In this document: positions 10,315 through 24,164 of the stretch, piece by piece
Layout of the letters: each line of letters begins with the position of its first letter
How positions within the stretch are numbered: the stretch's first letter is position 1
From: Octopus bimaculoides
Taxonomy: Eukaryota
Reading direction: 5' to 3'
Assembly (NCBI RefSeq): GCF_001194135.2
Contig: NC_068982.1
Location: 23,109,539-23,152,321, forward strand
DNA: 42,783 nt
The notes under the pieces: generated by a model
The model's database searches: none
What the model saw: the letters and a program-made list of their open reading frames with translations, nothing else
What the model was told of the DNA's origin: nothing
Translations under genes and position numbers: made by a program

Positions 10315-11947
10315 CGGTGCTGAGGTGCTGGAGGGAACAGCAATAAATATGCTCATATTGTTGAGTGTATTGTTCGTGACATCGGCGAAATTGACGACGA
10401 CGGCTGGTAGTATGTAAACGAAACCGGGCAAGCTAATTTGCATTGGTATAACCATTACTCTCTACAAAATGCAGATTAATTTCGAAAAAATTCTCTATTA
10501 TTTCATATTTGATGTTATTACTTTACGCAGCTATCTTCTAATAAGGAAGTTACGCTCTGATAGTCTTTTTTTTAAATCTTCTTCAAGGAAGAATATGCTG
10601 TTTTCTAGTGTCATCATTTTACTACATCGAACTACTTTTCTGTCATAGTTTTGAGTTAGTGCTTGTGAGAGTTGATAAGTATCGGTACACACATTTTAGA
10701 CGTCTACACGTCATGAATCTTTTTCCACTTTTGTAAATCCAAGACGATGCTGCTTCTTGCTTTGTAATTTTCTTTTACCTTACTATTTTCACGTTATTTT
10801 TTAACGGCTGAAAATAAATCTAGATAAATAACCTAAACAATCGTTTATTTGCAAAATGTTGGCTCATTATTCTGTGATAAATAATCTTCCAAGATAAGCG
10901 TAGTTACTGTCAACATTAACTTAATGCGTCTTTTATCAGTACAAGTTAAATATGTTATGCCTTGTAGCGGAAATTTTGAAAACAAAATATGTTTTAACTG
11001 TTTCATTAACAATACATTTTTTGTTCTATGAACCACAGCATCCACATATCGTAGCTGTTGCAATGATCTCTGATAGACACATGTAGAAGAAGGTCAAAGT
11101 TACTGCAAGATAACATTGCTATAGATGTTGCATGGACTGTTATCATACATGCCCTACGAAGGTGCACTCTTGTAACATGTTCCGGTAATGTTCTTTGCAC
11201 GCTATTCTCACTTTTGTGATTAAAATTACTATTATCAACCGGTCTTTTTCGTTCAACAAACTTAACAAGCATTGGTCGTTAACCTAATTGGTTTTTCTTG
11301 AACTAATTTAGCTCTCGGTGAAGTGTACCACAGAATACAATTCATTCTATTCATACAACCAACTGAGGGACATTTTTAGTATAACTTCAAGAAAAACGTA
11401 CATTATGATTTCAATTTCTTCTATTATCCCTGCATTATGAATTCAAGTTTGAGACGACGCATGTCACTACTAAATTGAATAAACAGATTCGTTAATGAAT
11501 ATCATTAGAAGAATAACCGGTTATTTAAGGAAGATGATAGTTCTTGTATCAATGTTTGAGATTGTATTCATTAGAAATTCAATGAAGTTTTAGCCTTAGT
11601 AAAACATGCTACTATTTGTGGTTTGATATACACATACAACCAAAGATATACGTACATGTATATTGATGCATATATAACAACAAATAAAGCCTCACACAGT
11701 CACAAACGTACACACACAAGCATATATGTATATGTATGTGCAATATATAAAATATTATAAATTTAGACTTATAATAGCTAGTGCTCTTTACCGAAGGGCT
11801 TCACGGTCGAGAAATTTTCATCAGTGGACTAATAAATCAATCCATAAATCCATAGACATGGATAAATGGAAAACTATTTTCCAGGCTTTTCGTTACAGGT
11901 GGACTGAAACCGCTATATTGTATTATTGTATCATTCGACTGCTTGCA

Positions 11948-12025
<78 letters not shown>

Positions 12026-13735
12026 TGTGTACACACACGTACACATACACATATACATATGTAAATATATATACGTAATAGGTGAAGCAATGACAAGAAA
12101 CCAACAAGCTTTAAGTTAGTTCCAATATGGTTTTGTCATATTCTAACATCTAATGGCAATTTCAGGTCAGTTTACCGAAGAGAAATATTACCGCTTGTGG
12201 TAAAAACTGTAAAACACAGTAATATCAGTTCTGTGGCCCTTTCTCTTGATCCCTACATGCATTTCTGGCCTGTCATGCCGTCCTCAGTAGGAGATACTAA
12301 AGGGAGGTGACACTGAAAAGACAGGAAGAAGTAGCTTTATAATAGTCAATCAATACTTGCGTTGAAAGCCGGTTCGAGACCGCCAGGTCTGAAGTAAAAA
12401 ATGAGATAAGTTTTAGCTTGAAGTACTGATGAGAAATAATAAACTTTAGATGAGTGCTAATATGTCTTCAAAAGTTAGTTTCAGGGCGGTTTACTGTGGA
12501 GAAAAATGACCACTTATGGTAAAAGGTGTAAATACGATTACGTCTACATAAGTTATATTTATTATGTGAATGGAATCATAAAGGAGGCAGTTTCTTTTTA
12601 CACATATTAATATTTAGCAGAAGAACCAGTGATTCAAAGTCAGTGAGTTTCGTGCTTTAGCACTTATAAACTACACACAAACACATACATACACACATGT
12701 ATATATATATATCTGCATATATAAAATATATATGAATAAAGAGATGTATATATGCGTATGTGTGTGCGCGTATATGTATATGTTTCTGTAAATGTATATA
12801 TTGTTCCAAGTTGTAGATTCCACTATTCCATCTATGCTGTGAGAATTATACATATGACTATAAACGCCGAAGGTCACAGTCGGAGATTACTTCACTTTCA
12901 TGTTCTATACCTTCGCACCTTTTTATAAAGCTGAACTTAAACCAACTTTTGAGTTGTTAGGATGCAACAATTGTGAGAGAACGTCCGTGGACAATATGAA
13001 AATTGTCAGCATTTTATGGAAGTAATTTATCGAAAACATAGAGAACTCATGTCATTGCATATATTTAAACTGTTAATGATACCAGGAAATATGCATGTAT
13101 ACATTATGGCAACAATTCAACAGAGCACGTTAATGAAGCGCAATATTTATCGCAGTCATTACTTACAGTTTGTCACACTTAACCTTTCATTCAGTGACTA
13201 CATATTCAAATTGAGAAGCATTCAGGTGAAATTTTTTTTCTTGCGTTTCTTGACTATTACGAATGTGCATTCATTTATACTTTCATCGTCGCCCGTTGGA
13301 TTATTATCATGAGAAGGTTTCTGACATAACCTTCTGACACTAATGGTATAAACTATCTTAAAAATAAGACACCAAGAATGTTACATATATCTCTAGGCTA
13401 TCATTAGGAAATAGAGTAAATTATCATCTTCGGAAGTCGTATGTACGTAAAAAAAAAAGAAGAAAAAGAATAACTGTATACACAAACAGTAGAGAAACAA
13501 AACTTGTAAAAGATGATAAACGCAGGTGCAACCAAATTATAACCTATAATTATATCTCTTTAATAGCAGTGTCTAAATAAGGAAACACACTCAGAGCGAT
13601 AATAAAAAAAAGATGAGTCTATCGAAGAGAGAGAAAAACACGGAATCCGCCGGGAATCAGTCTCTTTCTCGCTCTCGCTCTCCCCCTCTCCCCACCTCTC
13701 TCTCTCTTTTTCAATCTATCCACCGTCATGTTATA

Positions 13736-13766
<31 letters not shown>

Positions 13767-14329
13767 TAACAAATATGTATGTATGTATGTACATATATAT
13801 ATATATATATATATATACAGACTTACACATAGATATATACCCGGGAGATATAAGCGTAAATATAAAATAGGGTAACAGGTTTAGTAAAATGTGGATGGCT
13901 GAAAGACATTGCGTAAAAGTATCTCATCATTGAAGTAGGTAAAGTGTATATATATGTAACAGAGGTTAAAAATTTCGCTTGTCAAACACATGCTGATTCT
14001 ATGGAGTATGTTCTACGTCATATATCTTTACCCATCTTTTTAAACAATTTCATCATTGTAAATGTACCTGCTCAAACTGTATTTATCAAGATGAGTCTTG
14101 AATAATCTGTAGTAATGCGAAGTCTGAATTTTTTACTGTTGTTATGGAGCACTTCTACGTGCTACAGTATCTTCCTTTCATAGGAAATTGTGCAAATTAT
14201 CTCTGCTTACATATGTTTCTTTTACGCTTTTAAAATCCACCTTTACTTTTTCTCAGTAAAACAGGTGATTAAAACATTACCTCCAAGAGAACACTCCTTC
14301 TGATTAATGTGTGTGTTGAGGCTTTGTCT

Positions 14330-15575
14330 AGGTGTGGCTGTGTGGGAAAGAATTTGCCTCCTGACCACATTGTTCCGGGTTCAGTGCCGCTTGGGCAAGT
14401 GTCTTGTATCATAGCCTCGGGTCGACCAAAGCCCTGTGAATGGATTCGGTAGAGGGNNNNNNNNNNNNNNNNNNNNNNNNNNNNNNNNNNNNNNNNNNNN
14501 NNNNNNNNNNNNNNNNNNNNNNNNNNNNNNNNNNNNNNNNNNNNNNNNNNNNNNNNNNNNNNNNNNNNNNNNNNNNNNNNNNNNNNNNNNNNNNNNNNNN
14601 NNNNNNNNNNNNNNNNNNNNNNNNNNNNNNNNNNNNNNNNNNNNNNNNNNNNNNNNNNNNNNNNNNNNNNNNNNNNNNNNNNNNNNNNNNNNNNNNNNNN
14701 NNNNNNNNNNNNNNNNNNNNNNNNNNNNNNNNNNNNNNNNNNNNNNNNNNNNNNNNNNNNNNNNNNNNNNNNNNNNNNNNNNNNNNNNNNNNNNNNNNNN
14801 NNNNNNNNNNNNNNNNNNNNNNNNNNNNNNNNNNNNNNNNNNNNNNNNNNNNNNNNNNNNNNNNNNNNNNNNNNNNNNNNNNNNNNNNNNNNNNNNNNNN
14901 NNNNNNNNNNNNNNNNNNNNNNNNNNNNNNNNNNNNNNNNNNNNNNNNNNNNNNNNNNNNNNNNNNNNNNNNNNNNNNNNNNNNNNNNNNNNNNNNNNNN
15001 NNNNNNNNNNNNNNNNNNNNNNNNNNNNNNNNNNNNNNNNNNNNNNNNNNNNNNNNNNNNNNNNNNNNNNNNNNNNNNNNNNNNNNNNNNNNNNNNNNNN
15101 NNNNNNNNNNNNNNNNNNNNNNNNNNNNNNNNNNNNNNNNNNNNNNNNNNNNNNNNNNNNNNNNNNNNNNNNNNNNNNNNNNNNNNNNNNNNNNNNNNNN
15201 NNNNNNNNNNNNNNNNNNNNNNNNNNNNNNNNNNNNNNNNNNNNNNNNNNNNNNNNNNNNNNNNNNNNNNNNNNNNNNNNNNNNNNNNNNNNNNNNNNNN
15301 NNNNNNNNNTATATATATATCTGTGTGCATGCGTTCGTAGGTGTGTGGGTATGTATATATGTGTGTGTGTGTGTATGCGCGCTTGTATGTGTGTGTGTCT
15401 TTGTATAAATATTTGCTCCTCCACCGTTTGACAACCGGTGTTGGTGTGTTTACGCTGGCATTTCGGCAAAAGGGGCCAATAGAATAACTCCCAAGCATAC
15501 ATATAATAAGCAAGTTCGACTGAAATTATTCAAGGCGATGACCCAACATGGCCGTAACATAATGAAGTAAAGGGC
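14330..15575 (+). mobile_element. Octopus-type tRNA-derived SINE (CORE-like cttgggcaagtgtctt segment) whose internal microsatellite is an assembly gap
   Basis: The head gtgtggctgtgtgggaaag...ccgggttcagtgcc...cttgggcaagtgtctt...atagcctcgggtcgaccaaagcc lies before the gap. After it come a TA/TG tract and the tail tttgacaaccggtgttggtgtgtttacg...cggcaaaagggg...aaggcgatgacccaacatggccg. That both flanks belong to one copy is inferred. Confidence 0.75.
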
Positions 15576-16599
15576 AATTGCTATGCAGGCTTGTGAATTT
15601 TCTAGTGCTTCCACCGAACATGTCTTGAGGCGTTTTCGTCGTTTAAATGATTGTGGTTATAGAACATGTAATTTAAGGTGAAGCGTTTGCCGACATTTCT
15701 AGTTTCTAGAAACCGGAATGTCTAATGCCTCTGAGGAGATTTGTGTGACAGCTAAATAACGACAGATAAATAATGTAATAATGCCGTCCAGATATCGAAA
15801 TTGTGTCGATATCTAATGCTTTTCAGTCTTGCTGTCTGACCTTTTTACGTATCATGCGACGGCCTGACTAACAATCAACACACTTCTTTGTACGAACGAA
15901 CGGTATATATTGGAGGTTCGACCGCTTAATCAACGTGAATTTAATATGACGGTCATGTTTGAATTTGTGAAGTTGCCAACATGCTTTAGATTGGTCCTCC
16001 AGTTTTAAAGATGCTGTTGTGAACAGTGAGATATCGGCCTCCCTCCACACACAGAGAAAGATGTATGAAAACCTTTGAGTTTAGTTTCTTCAAGGACACG
16101 GTGCTCGATAATGCGATCTTAAATTTTTCTTATTCTTGCTACTCTTTCATAACATAATCCATTACGATGACTTTGTTTCGTTTGGGTGTTTTGGTCTATG
16201 TTTGATAATGAGTTTGCTATAAACGATTTTTGACTTGACTATCAGAAGGAAACTCAGTCCATAATGACTGAGTAATGGGACATGTCAGGACAATACGAAG
16301 TGAATTTAGTTAATTACTGATGCCCGTTAGGCCATATAGTATTCTTTATACTGGGTTAGATGACATGTTGGTAATGTTCACTACTGATGTAGCACTTCCA
16401 GTGAAAGTTTTATCCTTCAAGGCTGACATAATTTTGTTGTCAAGACGATCTTTTTATAGTATGCTTTTTCAAATTTTCTTTTTTGAACGACACGGATTGG
16501 AGCAGTTTTTTGTCCAGCAGCTAAGATGAGTGGATCATTAGTAGACAATATTTTCTACGCTTCGTTGGTTACAACAAGAAGGTGCTCATTAATACAGAT

Positions 16600-17784
16600 A
16601 ATATGTTAGGAAGAGGGAAGAAGCTTACATTCAAAATTGCCGAAAATCTTCAAATTCCTCTTGCTACTGTTAATAGAATTATAATGCAATTCAAATGCCA
16701 AGGAAAAGAATCAAAAGGTTCTCGTCCCGGCTGACCTGGTCCCTCGGAAAGGTAGCTTCGCTGTTTGAAAAGAATTGTGGAAAACGAACCCCGTCCGAAG
16801 GCTTCTGACATTGCAAAACAGTTAGAAGTTAGTCCAAGAACGTGTGTTATATAACTGCATAAGCTTGGGTATTATGGACGAGCAGCTAGAAGAAAACCTC
16901 TCCTGCAACCAATTAATATCATGAAAGAAAGAAATGGGCTAAGGAGATGTCAGAAAAATCCAGTTCATTTTGGGATANNNNNNNNNNAATTAATATCATG
17001 AAAGAAAGAAATGGGCTAAGGAGATGTCAGAAAAATCCAGTTCATTTTGGGATAGAGTGATTTTCTCAGATGAATCCAGATTTGCATTATTTTCAGACAG
17101 TGGACGTGTTAGGGTTTGGAGACTTCCCAATCAAGAAACTACTCAAACCAACAGCGGTATCTCTGTAATGGTATGGGGAGCTGTCACCAGCAATGGTCGT
17201 TCTGAGCTGATCGAATGTGTTGGAATCATAAACTCAGAAAAATACATCGAATAGCTTAAGCAAGGACTATTTCCAATGTATTCACACGATAACATAACGA
17301 AAAATGACTTTTTATTCATGGAAAATGGGGCTCCATGCCACACAGCAAAAAGGAAGCAACAATGGCTGACTGAAAAAAGGGGAACAAAAAGCTTCCTTGG
17401 CCGAACCAATCTCCTGACACGAACCCAATTGAAAATCTTTGGAACATATTAGATAGAGCTATACGAAAAACTTGACAGAAACCTAAATCTAAAGATGAAT
17501 TGTTTCGATTGTTGCGTGAAAAGTGGACAGAAATTCCACAAGAGACAACCACAAAGCTCATCAGTTCAATGCCAAAAAGNNNNNNNNNNAGTGGACAGAA
17601 ATTCCACAAGAGACAACCACAAAGCTCATCAGTTCAATGCCAAAAAGAGTTTCTGAATTAAAATCTGTAAAGAGAATGTCAACTAAATACTATAGTATGT
17701 AGTCCTACCTATCGATTACATTTTAATTGCTCGCTTTGTATGTTAAATAAAAAATTAAAGGTGTCTATTTACTTCCTGCATATC

Positions 17785-17790
<6 letters not shown>
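16600..17790 (+). mobile_element. Decayed Tc1-family (DD34E) transposase
   Basis: Reads IAENLQIPLATVNRI..., KLGYYGRAARRKPLL, WDRVIFSDESRF, SVMVWGAV, FMENGAPCHTAK (second catalytic Asp position reads Asn), QSPDTNPIENLW and SSMPKRV...TKY. It has multiple stops and frameshifts. A possible right TIR (ggtgtctatttacttcctgcatatctgtg) ends at ~17788; the left TIR was not found. Confidence 0.92.
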
Positions 17791-17815
<25 letters not shown>

Positions 17816-18344
17816 GCGTTTGTGTGTGTGTGTACATTGTATACTCGTATGCGTTTCTAAAGGTCATACAAGCATAGAAACGTACACAATCATTCATTCA
17901 TATATGCATACGTACCAGAAACACACACATAGAAGATCCACATATCCATATACATACACGCTCACCACACCCCACATATACACACAAACACACATACACA
18001 CGCACACACGCTCATATATGGATGCATGCATGTGACAATACTATTTCAAGTTCTAAAACATAATTTTCTTCTTATTTGAATATTTATTTCATTTATATGT
18101 TAAACATTCCTACGCATATACAACAAAACTGTTTTGCTCTTGCTATAATTCCAATCACATTTTCACTATTGAAACACGTAGCATGGAGTAATCGAACAAT
18201 CTACTTTGTGTTATATAATATGTGTTGAAGCTTATTATTTATTATATTGGGAGATAAGCTACAAAAAAACTGCAAAAATTTTGCAACGATGTCCAAACAA
18301 TAAAATAAGAGCAGCTAATCAAGACTCAACATTTACGTAACTAT

Positions 18345-18433
18345 ATAAAGTATGTATGTATGTGTATACATATATACATAAAACAAACACACATACACAC
18401 GCATATACATACGTGTATATGAATATATATATA

Positions 18434-18510
<77 letters not shown>

Positions 18511-18523
18511 GTATACATACATG

Positions 18524-18570
<47 letters not shown>

Positions 18571-18750
18571 GTAGGTATGTATGAACAGACGTATATATGT
18601 ATATATGAATATGTATATATATATATATACATGCACACATGCATATATATAAGTATACATACATGCAAATATATATAAATATATATAGATACTTATATGT
18701 ATGTATATATATGTATAGGATATGTATGTATATATACATATCTATGTATG

Positions 18751-18821
<71 letters not shown>

Positions 18822-18835
18822 ACATACACTCTCAC
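18345..18835. repeat. (TA)n/(TATG)n/(TG)n microsatellite field
   Basis: Directly visible; it generates the YI-rich spurious ORFs. Confidence 0.95.
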
Positions 18836-19108
18836 ACAGCATCATGTATAAGCAGTATTACGGGAACTTTCTACATATTTTATAAGATTTTACTTGTAAA
18901 TATATATTAATAAAAACACACACATATATATATATATAAAACAGTGTAACAGCACCATACAAGTGAAAAAAGCAACTACATGTATTGAAATCTAAATCAA
19001 ACTAGCCTCTTTTTAATATATATATATATATATGCAGATATAGTAATGGATGTGTAGAGAGTTAGATAAAAAGATGGATAAATAGATATATTCATATATT
19101 TAGAGATT

Positions 19109-19113
19109 ATCTG

Positions 19114-19178
<65 letters not shown>
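19109..19178. repeat. (ATCT)n tetranucleotide microsatellite
   Basis: Directly visible. Confidence 0.95.
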
Positions 19179-19179
<1 letters not shown>

Positions 19180-20446
19180 ACTCTCTCTTGTTCACTCTGT
19201 CTCTCTTGCTATATATATATATATATGTGTGTGNNNNNNNNNNNNNNNNNNNNNNNNNNNNNNNNNNNNNNNNNNNNNNNNNNNNNNNNNNNNNNNNNNN
19301 NNNNNNNNNNNNNNNNNNNNNNNNNNNNNNNNNNNNNNNNNNNNNNNNNNNNNNNNNNNNNNNNNNNNNNNNNNNNNNNNNNNNNNNNNNNNNNNNNNNN
19401 NNNNNNNNNNNNNNNNNNNNNNNNNNNNNNNNNNNNNNNNNNNNNNNNNNNNNNNNNNNNNNNNNNNNNNNNNNNNNNNNNNNNNNNNNNNNNNNNNNNN
19501 NNNNNNNNNNNNNNNNNNNNNNNNNNNNNNNNNNNNNNNNNNNNNNNNNNNNNNNNNNNNNNNNNNNNNNNNNNNNNNNNNNNNNNNNNNATATATATAT
19601 ATATAAATCAATATAGTATTTACTTTATCAATATGTCTGAAAGGACATTAAACACTTCTTACAAAAAGTACGAAAGTAACAATTACACCATCAAAACACA
19701 AAAACACAAAAACAATAACAAATAACTGAAAATATGAATAGACGAAAGAACTAACATGAAAATATCTGAAGAAAAAAAATGTCTACCATAGTTTTCACTA
19801 CTTTTGTTATGTGGGTGTGTATGTGATTTTTGCTATGAAAAGGACAATGTGGATGTGGATATGTGGCTAGAATATGAATATCTGGCGGCCATATTGTTGG
19901 CTATAATGGATAATGAGTTTCAAAATAAAATAGAAACATATCGATGCTATGAAACAAACAATTCCATAGAAAATGCATTGACGTAGACATTAACTGAATC
20001 TGCAAATGGAATATGATATGTTTACTACACGTTGTGAATGATATAATAAACGATAGAATATATTAGCAAGAACATATGAAATTCAAGAATGAAAGAAAAT
20101 ACGCACATGTAAGCAAAAATGTTACACAGACATATAGAAGCGGTTCGGGAATTATAAAGATACGAAACAACAAGAATTTAGACTTAAATAGTAAAAAAAA
20201 TACCTAAAAGACATGCACATAGTTACGCATAAAGAAACGCATATGCAGACAGAAATATATTTATGCGTGTATGTATGTGAGTGTGTATATATATTCATAC
20301 ATTCAAAGATACATATATATATTAAATGTACTATATATATTTCATATACGTATATATGAATATATATGAATCTATACATCTATATATATATATATATATG
20401 AGAGAAATATGAAAATATTATACAGAGGTAATGTTCAATCCGTTCA

Positions 20447-20495
<49 letters not shown>

Positions 20496-21479
20496 TATAC
20501 ATGCATATATAAATGCATATCTTTATTTAAACATATATGCATAAATATCTACTCATATATGTAGATATATAGCTATAAGTATGATACGGTATCAAGATAT
20601 ATTTTGCGAAGGAACTCATATCTACAAGATTATTTTTTAAAAATGGATATGAAATATGAAACATCGAAAATGGAAAAAAATACGACGCGTCTATCTAACA
20701 GAGTTTGTTTCTTTCCATGTATGTACATTTGTTTTATGGAAAAATATCTTTACAATGCGATCACGGAATTGCTACTTCAAATTCTAGTGTTGAAATAAGT
20801 ATTTAACTTATTCAGAAGAACATAAAAATACCGCTGTTATTCTGAATTGACGGAAAAGGTCAGCCATATGTAAATGATGGTGACAGTGGCCCGTTCTAGC
20901 AATACTCAAATATAAATGTTTAAGAGAAGTAATTTGAAGATTAGTGAATTAAATGTAGTAGTTCTTACTTCCCTATTGGTCTAAGGTGGATGGACCTGTG
21001 AGTAATTAATTAAACACTGCGATATTTAATCATATTGTTTTTTTCATATGCTAACGTTTCACACCTATTCGCGTATTGCTCAACATTGTAACTATATTAA
21101 ATGATTGTTTTCATTATTACTCCAGGAAATAACTTGAAGACTATTCTTCCGCTGCATAGATCTAATAAACATCATATGACGTCTGGAGTTCTCTCCACAT
21201 TTTTTGGTTAAATAATCAAAAATAATCTTAGTCTATGAAATATTATGCATACATACAAACGTAAATACACGTGTGCGAGCACAGACACGCATGGAAACAC
21301 ACACAAACACGAATATACGTACAGAAGCTCACTGGAAATTTTACATACGTTTATATTCATATTTAGAGTTACGATAGTATGTGGGTGAAGGAGGTACCGC
21401 AAACTGTGTACATAGTACATATATATATGTGTATATGGCTATATGTACATACACATGCAAATACGTATATGTGTAGATG

Positions 21480-21511
<32 letters not shown>

Positions 21512-21535
21512 CATATATATATATCTATATATATT

Positions 21536-21582
<47 letters not shown>

Positions 21583-23314
21583 ATAACCTGAAAAAACAGT
21601 TATAATTATCATTTATATTTTTAAATCCATAATATTCGTCGCACATTTATATTAAACCTATTCGCCTTTATCTTATGTAACGAGTACGTCTGACAATTAT
21701 ATGCCCATTGTCTGTCCTTGTTTGTTCCCTCTATGTATCCTTTTATAAAGAAATAAAGTAAATGAGTCACTAGTTGAGGACGCAATGTTCTGCCTGACTC
21801 GAATTCCGAGGTTAGCTTGCTGCTACTGAAAGTTGCTGCTATGTACCTCTGTCTAGGGTTACGAAACCCCAGTTATGAGTAAACAGCGATTCTTATTGGT
21901 TGGAAAAAGTTAGACTATATAATAAATCCAGAGAGGGTACCATTAAGGAGTCTTGAGTTCGACACGAGAATTTTGCAGTAGCACTTGCAGCAAAACAGGT
22001 GCGAAATGAACTTTTCACCATTTGAACTACAGCAGTAGGTTAATTAGGAAAGTCTGGGATGTGAACATGGTAGGACCCGTGTATATTCAGTACAATCTTC
22101 TACCTCGAAAAAGTGATATCTGCGCTACCGTGCAAATGGAAGCAAATAGTTGTAGTAGACGCTGAAGCTCAAATTCTGTCTGACTAGGGAAACAAAACTC
22201 CATTGGATAACGAGGCAAATAGAAGAGAAATATTATATATTATTAAGAGAAACCTTGAAATATTTTGTTGCGTCTTGTTCAATTTAAACTCTGTACACTG
22301 ATTCATCAACGTATATCGAACCATTGAAGAAACCCCTATGTAGTTATCGACCGTTTTAAAATAACAACCAGATCGCCATCGTACTGAAATGACACATTAG
22401 CCCATTAAAAATGAAAATATGCATCAGACGGGCCAATTTATATATTGTATGCCAAAATTAATGAAGATTTTGTTCATGAATAGAACTCGTTTCCTCATAG
22501 CTTTGTTGGAACCAGTAGAACACCCAACAATGAATCGACCATCTTCGTTGATAATGAAATGGCAGCTAAAATTATTGGTTCATAGAAAAAAACACATATA
22601 TTCATACATCCTGATTAAATATAGTATTAAAAAAAAAAAATTTCCCAATTCCTAAGACTTTCACTTCAAGGAAAGAAGCGTCAAATAAAGATACCGCCTT
22701 TTCTGTAATCAAGTAGCAAATTTAGGCATTAACAGAAAAAAACATCATCGTTTTTCATCTACTCAAACGAGTCATTATTCTTCAATCCAGTAGCTCTCTT
22801 CGAAATTGGAAATAAGTAAATCAGATGAAAAGGTATATGGCACTAGAGGAGGAATAGAGCTAAGCACATATTCTAATTATGAAACTTAGCTTTCCTTGAA
22901 ATATTAGCATCTAGAAAAGATATTTGCGTCATCCTTTCTCTTATTTGTTTTAGTTAGGATTTTTCTAGAAGAGAGTTTATGCTACGTATATTACATTTTA
23001 GATCATTTGTGCAGTCTAACACAGCAATATTTGTACCTGCAGTTTGCTGCTAGTTTTACATTCTTATATATTTTCTTCTTCACGTCTTTCCAAATTAAGC
23101 ATTTCAAATTTATAATTACTAGAACAAATTGCAACAATGAAGGGAAGTGAAGCGGTTCAGTTCAATAACACGCGTTACTGAGTTAGATCTCAATGCGCAG
23201 AATCTCGAATAAATGCTTTCCGTTGTAGCTTCCGTTTATTTCACTCATGTCTTATGAGTGAGCTCTGAGAGTGAAATTCGTGGAAGGAATTTATACAGAA
23301 GCAGACTCGCACAG

Positions 23315-23440
23315 ACATATTCTTTCCTACTCTAAGCACAAAGCACAAAATGTTTGTGGAGTGGGGCCAGTCGATTAGATCGACCCCAGTACGCAACTGG
23401 TACTTAATTTATTGACCCCGAAAGGATGAAAGACAAAGGC
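23315..23440 (-). mobile_element. 3' half of an octopus-type SINE, reverse orientation
   Basis: The reverse complement closely matches 23960-24085 (cctttcgg.gtc.ataaattaagtaccagttgcgtac.g.ggtcgatctaatcgactgg). Confidence 0.9.
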
Positions 23441-23779
23441 ATTCCAGCTCATTATTTCACATGCTATGCGTATGTAAGTCGTTGGATTGGCTAAGTGACT
23501 CGCCTTCAACCCAGGCGAGTATGTGATGCTGAAAAGCTACAAAAATGGCGAAACATCGTTATCCACCATCACTCCGAGTTGAGGATGAGTTATTTCGCAT
23601 GTCCATGACTTTAAGGTCTTTTAACACCGGCGACATGAGAGTCATATACTCCACTACGCTACTGCAGCCACCAGAAAATATGCAAATCATAAATATTAGT
23701 GTATGTATTCGAGAATATTTATTGTAGTACAGCTGCTTTTACTTCAAAGGAAGGTTTCAAAAAAAAAAAAAAAGACTCC

Positions 23780-23835
23780 GGATCAAATTGTTCGACTAAA
23801 ACTCTTCGAGGCGGTGCTCCAGCATGGCTGCAGTT
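23780..23835 (+). mobile_element. SINE tail fragment (family of 14330-15575)
   Basis: ttgttcgactaaaactcttcgaggcggtgctccagcatggctgcagt resembles 15515-15555. Confidence 0.65.
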
Positions 23836-23863
23836 GAAAAAATCTAAAATATATGTCTACAAA

Positions 23864-24085
23864 AGGCGGTGAGCTGGCAAAAACTTTAACACGCCGGGCG
23901 AAATGCTTAGCGGTATTTCGTTTGTCTTTACGTTCTGAGTTCAAATTCCGCCGAGGTCGACTTTTCCTTTCAGCCTTTCGGAGTCGATAAATTAAGTACC
24001 AGTTGCGTACCGAGGTCGATCTAATCGACTGGGCCCGTCTCCCAAAATTTTGGGCCTTGGGCCTAGAATAGATAAGAATAATATT
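23864..24085 (+). mobile_element. Near full-length octopus-type tRNA-derived SINE
   Basis: A-box-like GAGCTGGCAAAAAC and B-box-like GAGTTCAAATTCC. It is the best-preserved member of the family also seen at 4300, 6845 and 23315. Confidence 0.9.
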
Positions 24086-24087
24086 CA

Positions 24088-24150
24088 AGGCGGCGAACTG
24101 GCAGAAACGTTAAGCACACCGGGAGTATTTCATCTGTCTTTGCGTTCTGG
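24088..24150 (+). mobile_element. Second, truncated SINE head in tandem
   Basis: aggcggcgaactggcagaaacgtt...gtatttcatctgtctttgcgttctg repeats the start of 23864 with an internal deletion. Confidence 0.8.
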
Positions 24151-24164
24151 TTGGTAAACAGATA

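Noticed and set aside
15890-15960. YIG-like motif suggesting a GIY-YIG (Penelope) endonuclease
   Set aside because: It needs frameshifts to assemble and no flanking motifs support it.
16911-17054. Apparent 67-bp tandem duplication inside the Tc1 transposase
   Set aside because: The two identical copies flank a 10-N gap (16978-16987), the typical signature of overlapping contig ends; it is an assembly artefact.
17522-17648. Second apparent tandem duplication (~58 bp) in the Tc1 element
   Set aside because: The copies are identical and sit on either side of the 10-N gap at 17580-17589; same scaffolding artefact.
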